DNA from: Psilocybe cubensis
Lineage: Eukaryota
Direction: 5' to 3'
Length of the DNA: 64,000 bases
NCBI GenBank assembly: GCA_017499595.2
Contig: CM039001.1
Location: 2,294,001-2,358,000 of the forward strand
The notes under the pieces: model-generated
Databases searched by the model: none
The model's input: the letters and a program-made list of their open reading frames with translations, nothing else
Told to the model about the DNA's origin: nothing
In this document: in pieces, positions 51,780 to 61,377 of the stretch
Layout of the letters: the number at the start of each line of letters is the position of its first letter
How positions within the stretch are numbered: the stretch's first letter is position 1
Program-made: the position numbers and the translations under genes

Positions 51780-54355
51780 CTAGTTCACATCATAGTGCAG
51801 CGTCACGCTCGAGAATGCACCAAACAAGTCACTGTCACTCTCCCCCGGCCCTCCTCCGGCACTCCCCGCCACCACCTGTTCCTCCAAATGCAGCGAGTGC
51901 GACTCTTTCAGCTGTCGTCCGTTCATCGCCAGCAGTCCGTTGGATTTCGACGGGATTATCTGTCCATTAATAATGAGCATTGTCCCTCTACTTATTCCTT
52001 TGTCAACTCACAGGTGGTCGTGTGTTCCGTAGCAATCCCCAGTTCGTCTTTGCAAACCATTTGTGTTGCTTCACCTCGCTCGCACCGCTCTTGCTCCCAA
52101 GTCGTGTCCGTTCAGACTTGTCCAGCAGTCGCGCCACGCAGTCTTTTCCTGCCCTGCTCGCTTTTCCCATCAGCATCTTTGATGCGCGGAGATGTCCCCA
52201 GTCCAGGCCACTCACGATGAAAATTTCGGTGTGTCGCGGAACTGCACCGTCTGATAGCGGATATTATGGAACGTATCTTGACGCTCCTGCCCTTTAAAGG
52301 GCGTTGTCGCGTACTATATCGCACAACACAACGTGTCCTCCCATCAGCACGTCAACCCGCCCCTCAATAGGCTTTTGAGGTACGTACAATCATCTCATAT
52401 ATCAAGATACCAAGCGTCCACCAGTCCACCGCTGCAGTGTGGCCCTGTGCAGCAATCACTTCCGGTGCAATGTACTCTGTAACCACAGTCGTCCCCATAT
52501 CAGCTACTCTGCTTTCCGATCGAATAATATGCCTAGTTCAGCTGACCTTCAGTCCCCACAAATGAGTTGGTTCGAAAATTCGCCGTGCACGTCATCGTGT
52601 CTACCAGTGGGATCTGGAAACAGGAAAAGAACGTCAGCCACGTGCTCCTTCATTCCTCCGTCCTCCCAACACCCACCCCGTTCGTCTCAGAGTGCACCAT
52701 TGTGGGCATATTGCTGGGATCAGTAGACTGCTTCGCCAGGTCAAAGTCCGACAACATTATGTGTCCAGATTCGTGTAGTAGAATATCTAGTCGCCGCAAC
52801 AGTAAGGCAGAGTCTTTTTGGAAGCAGCAAAATACACACTTTCAGGTTTTAGATCGCGATAGATAAATCCCATTAGATGTAGATATTCAAGTGCGGCCAC
52901 GACCTCCGCGGCATAAAACCGCGACCCATCTTCTGAAAGGCATTTACCTGGCCGTGTCTGCAACGCACGGAAGAACTCCCCTCCCATGCAGTATTCCATA
53001 CAGAAGTACAGATAGCCTTCAGACTGAAACGAGTGGTGTAGCGTCACAATAAAAGGGTGGTTGGCTGTTGCCAATATCTCTTGCTCGGTCAGAGCGCGCT
53101 TAATTTTCTTTCTTTCAATCATTTCCTTCTTGGACAGCACTGCGGATCAACCAGCTCAGTTAGTATTTTCGCGCCACAAAGGGGGGTAAAGGGAGGGAAC
53201 CAAAGGTAGAGTGAATTTGGCATTACCTTTCATTGCATAAAGATTATTAGTTTTCTTCTCCCGGACTAGGTATACTCTCCCCACGTCTCCTTTTCCTAAC
53301 ATCTTGATCTTGACAAAGCTCGATGGTCCTACCTCCACCTGCGCCGAGGAGCGTAAGCCTCTATATCTAATCTACATTCGCAAACGAGGAAAGGACCACT
53401 GCAATCTTACCTGTCGGACCTTTATAGAATTGCTTGAATATGTCCGGCGGAACGCGACTTTCCCAGGCACAGGCGGCAGACCGTGAGCAGCAGCAACAAC
53501 GTTCAACGAACCCGAAGACGGTGTGGGCCGTGATATCCGACCGCGCGACGAACCTGATGAAACGGTCTCTAATGAATCCTGTCCTTGCTCAAGCGAACTA
53601 GACATCAGTGGTGGGATCGGAGGTAGGGTGTCTGCCGGTGCCAAAAAGCCATTCTTCGTCGTCGCTGACTTTGAACCACCCATCGAGAAGAGCCCCTTTG
53701 CGTTCGGTGCTGATGCCACGCGACGAATAAACCGAGATGCTGATGCGCTGACAGACCGTGGGCTCAGGGGTCCATTTGTCCGTGGTTTTGATGGCGTTGG
53801 CGGCGTCGGGAGAAAAGAGGTCTGGGAGGGGTCTGCAGTCAATGGGGGCGCTCGAGAAGAGGATGCCTGGAGCTTCGTCAGCGTGGGCCGGGCCCGTTCT
53901 GATTTGGTGTGCTGTCTTTGCCGGCTAGGAGTTCCAACAGAAAGAGCGTCAGTTGATTTTGGCTGTGTGTGGTACGAATAGGAAGTGCTGCGTGGGGTCA
54001 TGTAGAGATTCCGTGGAGAAGCTAGACCACCATTAGAATCGCTTGACTGTGTGTTGGATGAGTTGTAGGACGATCGCTGGTCAGAAAGATAGGCTGGGTT
54101 GAGAGAAGCAGACGAGGCAACGGGTATGTGGGTGACACCGCTCTGGGTTGAAATGGGAAGCGGTTGTGTCTCTACGATAACAGGAGAGCCTGTGGACTGC
54201 AGCTTCTTGGAGGAAGAGTTGGGAAAACGGAAGACAGATTTCCATGCAGACTGAGCCCGTGGCGATGATGGGTGTGAACTCGGGCTTCCGTTGGCCGACT
54301 TGGAATGAACATAAGGCGGACTGTCGAGAACGGGGTCGATGGTAGGGGTAGGCAT
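51780..54355 (-). CDS. AGC kinase of the Nrc-2/Kin82/Fpk1 (flippase kinase) type
   Basis: [40 protein letters not shown], diagnostic [43 protein letters not shown]. Confidence 0.92.
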
Positions 54356-55053
54356 TGAAGAAAAGAGAACGGAGGGTAGTCGAGGACGACAGCGAGGACG
54401 GGGAGGAAGGTAGAGAAGATCAGGGACGTTGTTGTCCAACGTATAATTATATGCCCCTCTTTGGTTACCTTCTCACAGAGAAAACAATCTGTTATGTAAG
54501 ATTTTGTTCCTTGACTAGTCTTGACCAACGTGAAATAACAATCACTTTCTCAATTTATCCTCCATTCTACCTCCAAATCCCTGTTTCTTCCCCCCGTCTA
54601 GTCCCCTGCTTCCCCAGTCCTCATATCCCACTCAGCGTGTTCAATCCTCCATCGCTCGCTGCCGACCACAGTTGTGAAACTAAAAAGCTTGCGATCGTCT
54701 CTCTTCATTTCCGGTTCAGCGAGAACCCAGAACCTTGATCATCATCTTCTGAAGTCTAATATCCATTTGCTCGAGTTCTTCAATTGAATACCCCACTGTG
54801 CCTGACTTTTTTTCTAAAACTTACTCTCAAACCGAAAAATTTTCACTAGCCCGCATTTTCGCACATTTATGGGTCCAGTTGCGCTTTCTGGCCAGCTTTT
54901 AAAGGCGTCAGACCTCACTCCATTGATCCAAAGAGTGCTAGACTGACCGAGCCTTCGGCGTCATCTTCGGGTCCAAACTCTGCGCGACCGAGTTCTGGCG
55001 TTAACGTGGTCCATGGCGGCAAAAAGACCTACTGTGCAATGTCTCTATGACTG

Positions 55054-55055
<2 letters not shown>

Positions 55056-55096
<41 letters not shown>

Positions 55097-55097
55097 C
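55056..55097. repeat. (AAC)14 microsatellite
   Basis: Perfect 42-bp trinucleotide run. Confidence 0.97.
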
Positions 55098-55782
55098 TGT
55101 CTGTCTCTGTGCTATATTCATCATGCTGCGGCAATCCTCCTCTTTCGCTGTCAACTCAAATGCGGCTTGTACAAACTCTTCATCGGTCTGATTGAGCCAT
55201 TGCATGAGAATATCCATGTCGAGTTCACTAGGCGGTTGACAATTCACGTACTGGCGACGATAATGAGGATTGTTGCCCTTTGGCTTTTATGTACTTTTTT
55301 CCTGCCATCATTGCGCTTAGTCCGGAAAAGTGATGTGTCGTCCTAATGCTGTAGACGGGGGTACGGGCTGGCCGGGAACGACATGATGAAATACCGCTCA
55401 AAAGCAGTAGTGCATTTAAGCAGATAAACCAGCTCGGGACCGGTGTGGGCGACCAAGCGTGTTCTCGATCCAGGGAAGTTATCTGCCGCATACTTTCCGT
55501 GAGTTCAAGTTTAGAATCCATTCTGGGAGATTTTAGGGCTAAGATCGGGGCTAAGGTAAAGGTGTTGTCTGCCAGGCTATAGAGTGGGTCCTATCGTCTC
55601 TACCGCTCCTTGATCCGCTACTTCCACCTCCAGAACTTTTCCCACGCACATAGAGCGCGAGGAACAGCCCTGCAAGGTGAAAAACAAGCAGTCGAGTAGA
55701 GTAAAACCACAAAACGTACCTAAAAAGTACCACCCCACGCCCAAAAACATCCAAAAACACCCACACCCATTAGAACTGTCAA

Positions 55783-57426
55783 ATGAACGTCAACACCGGC
55801 ACGGCTCGTGCCAGGAAGACAACCATGGGAAATCCCCCAACTCCGAGCCCGGGAGAATCGCAACCACCCGATAGATCCTCAAGGAGTAAAGGTACAGTGA
55901 TAAACGAAGAGACACAGCAGGTCCAGGACGCAAAAGGCGGCCGGTCGATACTGGAGGAGCACCTGCTCTTGGTGCCAGCTGGACAGGGACTGACGGCACA
56001 CCGGGCCGCCGCTTGCCTATTCCAGATATCGCTAATGTCGTCGAAGACACCGCCGATCGTAGTACAGGCCATGCGTGGTCTAGCCTTCTTGCTCGAAGAA
56101 ATGGAACTCCCGCTGGCGACACAGACTTACCACGACGGATTCGGTGAAGAGCTCGCCTCATTCACGAACGAAATTAAATCCCTGGTCCAACATGCACAGG
56201 AGAAGGTCGACCAAAAGCTCGAGGAAATAAATCTGGCGACCGCAGATCTTATCAAATCGGCATCGACGAAAAACGCGCAGCAAGCTCCAAACAACGGGAT
56301 GGCTTACAGCCAGGCAGTGATGAAGGGGCAACCCACTTTTAGTCAAGTACTGGTCCAATCCAACGTGGCCACCAACCCAAAAATGATAGCGAGACACGGA
56401 ATAAAGGCGAGACAAACTATGCTGGAAGGGTTAAATAAAGAAGCGAAGGTAAGTACAATGGGGGACAGAGAGGCTAAAGATTTTATCAACAGTGCTCTGC
56501 AAAAACTCGAACCAGAGGGATCAGTACGAATACGGTCGGCAATCAAGCAAAGAAACGGGGGACTTCTAATCGAGTTCGACTCCGACTATGGAGCAGCATG
56601 GATGCGTATCGACAACAATAGAAAGAACCTATGCAAACAGTTAGGCGACGATGTCACAACGAAGAAGAGAACTTACGAACTTATTGCGATGGGGGCCCCA
56701 CTCTCAGCCGAACCCGAAGACGACGACTTCGTGAAGGAAGTGGAGGAGGCCAACCGAATCGACGAGGGTACGATCGTAGCTATGCGCTGGGCAAAGAAGA
56801 TATCGAGGAGAGCCGAAGGGCAGCAAAGCGCACACATAATCATAACGGTTAGCGACGCCAGCGAAGCGAACAGGCTAATCGCCATCGGGATGTTCATAGC
56901 AAACAAAAGAGTAAGAGTTCAGAAATGCAGAGCCGATCCCATACGATGCATGAAGTGCCAAGGGTACAATCATTTCGCAAAAGAGTGCACCTCCAAACAC
57001 GACGTATGTGGCCACTGCGGAGAGAAGGGCCACCGTACACAAAACTGCGAGAGAACGACAACCCACTGCGTTTCATGTGACTCCGACGACCACCCCAGTT
57101 ACGCCAGAACGTGCCCAACCTTCATCAAGAAAGCCCTCGAAAAGAACGAACGCACACCCGAAAACCTACTTCCTTTCATCCCAACGGACGAACCGTGGAC
57201 CTGGAGTATGAACACAAATTCAGCGCCGCCGACCATACAAAGAAACCGCTTCGCAAGGGGGCAATCCCCCAGATGGACGATAGAGCCACCAACGAGAGAT
57301 CGATCGCAACTGCCGAAAACACCAGAGCAGAGTCCCGAACCAGAGGCAGCAAAGGCATCAAGCTCGAACCCGGTGAGCAAAGAAAGTGATACGGCGGCGT
57401 CCGCCTCAGAAGAAAGAGACCAGTAA
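55783..57426 (+). CDS. LINE ORF1, gag-like nucleic-acid-binding protein
   Basis: 547 aa; coiled coil; RNGGLLIEF; three CCHC knuckles CMKCQGYNHFAKEC, CGHCGEKGHRTQNC and CVSCDSDDHPSYARTC. Confidence 0.93.
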   Translation: MNVNTGTARARKTTMGNPPTPSPGESQPPDRSSRSKGTVINEETQQVQDAKGGRSILEEHLLLVPAGQGLTAHRAAACLFQISLMSSKTPPIVVQAMRGLAFLLEEMELPLATQTYHDGFGEELASFTNEIKSLVQHAQEKVDQKLEEINLATADLIKSASTKNAQQAPNNGMAYSQAVMKGQPTFSQVLVQSNVATNPKMIARHGIKARQTMLEGLNKEAKVSTMGDREAKDFINSALQKLEPEGSVRIRSAIKQRNGGLLIEFDSDYGAAWMRIDNNRKNLCKQLGDDVTTKKRTYELIAMGAPLSAEPEDDDFVKEVEEANRIDEGTIVAMRWAKKISRRAEGQQSAHIIITVSDASEANRLIAIGMFIANKRVRVQKCRADPIRCMKCQGYNHFAKECTSKHDVCGHCGEKGHRTQNCERTTTHCVSCDSDDHPSYARTCPTFIKKALEKNERTPENLLPFIPTDEPWTWSMNTNSAPPTIQRNRFARGQSPRWTIEPPTRDRSQLPKTPEQSPEPEAAKASSSNPVSKESDTAASASEERDQ

Positions 57427-57429
57427 AAG

Positions 57430-60400
57430 ATGAGTGTTACCATCCTCGCAGAGCAGCATACCACCCAAATCAGGTTCCTACAGATAAACTTGAACAAGTC
57501 GGAGGTAGCGCACCTCGAGCTAATAAACAGTAGCCTCGGCAGCAACTACGACGTAATCCTCATTCAAGAACCCCATATAACACGCTTTGGCAACATCAGA
57601 ACTAACGCATACTATCGCCCTGTGTACCCGGTAAGCAGAACAAATGAAGAGGTAACCCGCTCAGGCATCTGGGTCAACAAGAATCTTGATACCAGCAGTT
57701 GGTGTGAAATCCCATTTCCGGACACAAACGATTTGACGGCAATAAAGATCAAAAGCGACAGAGGAACACTCTTCATTTTCAACATATATCACCCAGGACG
57801 CACGGGACGCACGCTGCAAATACTGAGGCGGTATATAGAAGAAAATCAGCTGGAGCTCAACAAAGCCGACACTATGCAAATGTGGGCGGGAGACTTCAAT
57901 CATCACCACCCGATGTGGGACCGAGACGAGGACGAACGACTGTTCACACCACAAGCGTTAGCGGAAGCGGAACGACTGATCGACTTTATCGAGGAACACA
58001 ACATGGCCCAAGCCTTACCCAAGGGAATGCCGACGCTGGAACACATGGTGACAAAGAGGCTCTCAAGGCCGGACAACGTCTTTATCTCGGAAAAGCTCAT
58101 CGATGCAGTCATCCAATGTAAAGTCGACTATGCAACACGGCCAGCCAACACCGACCATTACCCAATACATACAACCATTGACATGCGATGCGAGACCGCT
58201 AAAGTAACGCTGGAAAGAAACTTTCGTACGGTGAATTGGGAACACTTCTGCAAGACGCTTGAGAAACGACTGGAAGAACAAGAAGACCAGCTGGACCTGA
58301 ACTCAGGGGAAGAGATAGATGAGGCGGTAAACATGCTGACACTAACACTCCAGGACACCATCAACAAGGAAGTGAAGTTGAGAAAGCCCTTCCCCGAAGC
58401 CAAACGATGGTGGACAAGCGAGATAGAAGAAGCCAAACGTTACAAAAACCGACTGAGCCGTCTACACCACAAGTTCCGCACCACCCCTCTCCACCCATGC
58501 CACGATGAATTCAAAGCAGCAAAGAGGAGCTTTGCTCGACTCGTAATCGACACAAAACGCAAGCATTGGGACGACTGGCTACTCGACGCCGAAGGCACCG
58601 ACATCTGGACGGCAAACCGCTACTTCAAGAACCCGATAGGGGATGGAGGACGCCCCAGAATACCAACCCTGACGGTCACCAACGAGTACGACGAACAAGA
58701 GGAAGTATCGTCCAATGAGGAAAAAGCTAAGATCTTTGCGCACAACTTCTTTCCTAAAAAACCGGTTCAATCGTCTGTACCACAGAATTTTGAATACCCG
58801 GAAGCACTCCCAGACGACGGGCGAATAACACGGCAACAAATCAGGAGGCAGCTGGAACGTCTGTCGCCGTACAAGGCATGCGGAATCGACGAAATACCCA
58901 ACATCGTGTTGCAGAAAACAGCCCCGCTCATCATGAACCGGCTACACGCGATCTACAATGCAATCCTTAAAACAGGCCATTACCCAGACTCGTGGAAGCA
59001 CTCAATGACGGTAGTACTGAAGAAACCAGGCAAACCCAGCTATAAAACGCCAAAAGCGTACAGGCCAATAGCTCTCCTAAACACCCTGCCCAAGGTCCTC
59101 ACGGCAATCGTGGCGGAAAGAATAAGCCATGCGGTCGAAGAACACAAGTTGTTACCAAACACGCATTTCGGAGGCAGACCTGGGAGAACCACCACCGACG
59201 CAATGCACTACATGGTCAGCAAGGTTAAAGCAGCCTGGAGGCGGGGTAAAGTAGTCTCAATGCTGTTCCTAGACGTGGAAGGGGCTTTTCCAAACGCGGT
59301 AACGGACAGACTCATTCACAACTTACGACGACGACGCATACCGACAGTATATGTCAACTTCATACGAGAACTGCTCAGGAACCGGAAAACCAAGCTCAAA
59401 TTCGATGACTTCGTGTCAGCACTGATGGAGATTGATAACGGAATAGGACAAGGAGATCCATTATCAATGATACTTTACATCATATATAATGCTGACCTGC
59501 TTGAAATAGTTGACCGCGAAGACGGAGAGGATGCCATAGGCTACGTTGACGATGTTACGATCATGGCAATAGGGAATGATACAGACGAAACAACAGACAA
59601 GCTGAGTGACTTAATCCATAAGGAGAACGGTGCACTCACATGGAGCAGTAGCCACAACTCAAACTTTGCCCCCGCCAAACAGGCAGTAATGCACCTCGAC
59701 CCGCGAAACCCTAACAATCTAACCCACCCGAGACTCGAGTTCGACGGCGAACTAGTGCCGCAAGTCAATGTGTTCAAGTGCCTAGGATTCCAAGTCGATT
59801 GCCAACTAAACTGGAAAACTCACCTTCAATCAGCGACCGACAAAGCAACAAGATGGGTAGCAAACTTCCAACGACTGGCAAAACCGACGACGGGCATACA
59901 CCCGTACCTCCTAAGACATCTGTTCATCGCGACGGTACTTCCAAGACTCACATATGGCATAGACGTTTGGTACACACCACCAACAAAACCACCGGGTTAT
60001 CGAAACAACATCGGATCAGTGGCGGCGCTGAGAAGAATGTCGACAATACAGAGGAAAGCAACACTATCAATAACCGGCGCGATGAGGACAACACCCACGG
60101 AACTGCTAGACGCCCATGCGGGCGTCCTACCGCTAGAACTAGCCCTGCTGAAAGCCTGCCACAGGGCAGCAGTCAGAATGGCAACCCTCCCGGTAAGTCA
60201 CCCACTATATGCGGTAATCGAGAAGGCGGAAAGAAGACCACCAAAACGACACAAATCCCCGATTGACAACCTACTCCGAATTTTCGACCTACAACCCAGT
60301 ACTTTCGAGAAGATAGAGCCGATGCCATATTCACCAAAATACCGCCCACCCTTCAAAATCGTGATTGCCCAAACGAGAGAACTGTCAATGATATACGAAG

Positions 60401-61377
60401 CGGGCAGCACAGCCAGCATACGCATATACACAGATGGATCGAGCCACGATGGGAAGGTAGGAGCAGCAGCAATCCTACTGAGAGATAGGAAAGACAGACA
60501 TGGCAAAGTCCTACGAAAATACCTTGGGACAAAGGAAGAACACAATTCGTACGAGGCGGAGGCGGTAGGAGGCCTGCTGGCCTCCAAGCTGATTCAAAAC
60601 GAATCGCCCACGGCCAACGATACCATCGACGTATTCAGTGACAATCAGGGCTTACTGAAAAACCTGAGGAGACCCAAAGCTAAGTCCGGTCAGCACCTGA
60701 TGAAGAGCATTGACGATGCATTCAAAAATCTGCAGGGAAACATAACAATACACTGGATTTCGGCACATTCGGACGTCCTAGGCAACGAGAGGGCGGATGA
60801 AGAAGCGAAGCGAGCAGCGGAAGGCGACAGCTCACCACCCGAAGAACTCCCATTACAACTAACGAGCCCGATTAAGAAAAGCGCGTCCGCTGAAAAACAG
60901 GCCTACCATGAGGAACTACTCGAGATATGGCGAGGGAGATGGAACACCTCACATAGGAAAACGAAGTTCGAAGGCATAGACTCAGAGTTCCCGTTCAACA
61001 AGTTCAGAAAGGCGCTGCGAAAGCTGAACAGGACACAAGCGAGCGTGCTTATTCAAGTGCGATCGGGACATATCCCGCTTAACAATCACATCAGCAAACT
61101 CAGGCTCGAGCAAGATAAGACATGCCCCAGGTGCTGGGAGCGACGAGACGGGGTAAGAGCCACCGAAACAGTGGAGCACTTTGTGTTTGAATGTAGAGGC
61201 TACCAACGGGAAAGACAACAATTATGGGACGAAATCGGAGAAAGGTGCTACGACTTGGAAGAATTAACGACAAAACAAGAAAACGCGAAAGCACTCCTAC
61301 GGTACATAGCAAAGACGAAGAGATTGAAGCCGTACAAGGAAGACTTACTGAACAGAGGGATCGAAGAAGAGGAATAG
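57430..61377 (+). CDS. LINE ORF2: APE endonuclease, reverse transcriptase, RNase H, Cys/His finger
   Basis: 1315 aa. APE: QINLN, IQEP, GDFNHHH, TDHYP. RT: YRPIALL, FGGRPGR, LDVEGAF, GIGQGDPLS, YVDD. RNase H: IYTDGS, SDNQG, WISAHSDVLGNERAD. Finger: CPRC...ETVEHFVFEC. Confidence 0.97.
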   Translation: MSVTILAEQHTTQIRFLQINLNKSEVAHLELINSSLGSNYDVILIQEPHITRFGNIRTNAYYRPVYPVSRTNEEVTRSGIWVNKNLDTSSWCEIPFPDTNDLTAIKIKSDRGTLFIFNIYHPGRTGRTLQILRRYIEENQLELNKADTMQMWAGDFNHHHPMWDRDEDERLFTPQALAEAERLIDFIEEHNMAQALPKGMPTLEHMVTKRLSRPDNVFISEKLIDAVIQCKVDYATRPANTDHYPIHTTIDMRCETAKVTLERNFRTVNWEHFCKTLEKRLEEQEDQLDLNSGEEIDEAVNMLTLTLQDTINKEVKLRKPFPEAKRWWTSEIEEAKRYKNRLSRLHHKFRTTPLHPCHDEFKAAKRSFARLVIDTKRKHWDDWLLDAEGTDIWTANRYFKNPIGDGGRPRIPTLTVTNEYDEQEEVSSNEEKAKIFAHNFFPKKPVQSSVPQNFEYPEALPDDGRITRQQIRRQLERLSPYKACGIDEIPNIVLQKTAPLIMNRLHAIYNAILKTGHYPDSWKHSMTVVLKKPGKPSYKTPKAYRPIALLNTLPKVLTAIVAERISHAVEEHKLLPNTHFGGRPGRTTTDAMHYMVSKVKAAWRRGKVVSMLFLDVEGAFPNAVTDRLIHNLRRRRIPTVYVNFIRELLRNRKTKLKFDDFVSALMEIDNGIGQGDPLSMILYIIYNADLLEIVDREDGEDAIGYVDDVTIMAIGNDTDETTDKLSDLIHKENGALTWSSSHNSNFAPAKQAVMHLDPRNPNNLTHPRLEFDGELVPQVNVFKCLGFQVDCQLNWKTHLQSATDKATRWVANFQRLAKPTTGIHPYLLRHLFIATVLPRLTYGIDVWYTPPTKPPGYRNNIGSVAALRRMSTIQRKATLSITGAMRTTPTELLDAHAGVLPLELALLKACHRAAVRMATLPVSHPLYAVIEKAERRPPKRHKSPIDNLLRIFDLQPSTFEKIEPMPYSPKYRPPFKIVIAQTRELSMIYEAGSTASIRIYTDGSSHDGKVGAAAILLRDRKDRHGKVLRKYLGTKEEHNSYEAEAVGGLLASKLIQNESPTANDTIDVFSDNQGLLKNLRRPKAKSGQHLMKSIDDAFKNLQGNITIHWISAHSDVLGNERADEEAKRAAEGDSSPPEELPLQLTSPIKKSASAEKQAYHEELLEIWRGRWNTSHRKTKFEGIDSEFPFNKFRKALRKLNRTQASVLIQVRSGHIPLNNHISKLRLEQDKTCPRCWERRDGVRATETVEHFVFECRGYQRERQQLWDEIGERCYDLEELTTKQENAKALLRYIAKTKRLKPYKEDLLNRGIEEEE

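Noticed and set aside
51447-52220. 257-aa + strand ORF
   Set aside because: Antisense shadow of the kinase 3' end and HSF 5' end; no protein features.
55013-55346. Poly-Q or poly-N protein
   Set aside because: Translations of the (AAC)14 microsatellite; flanking + strand residues are not protein-like.
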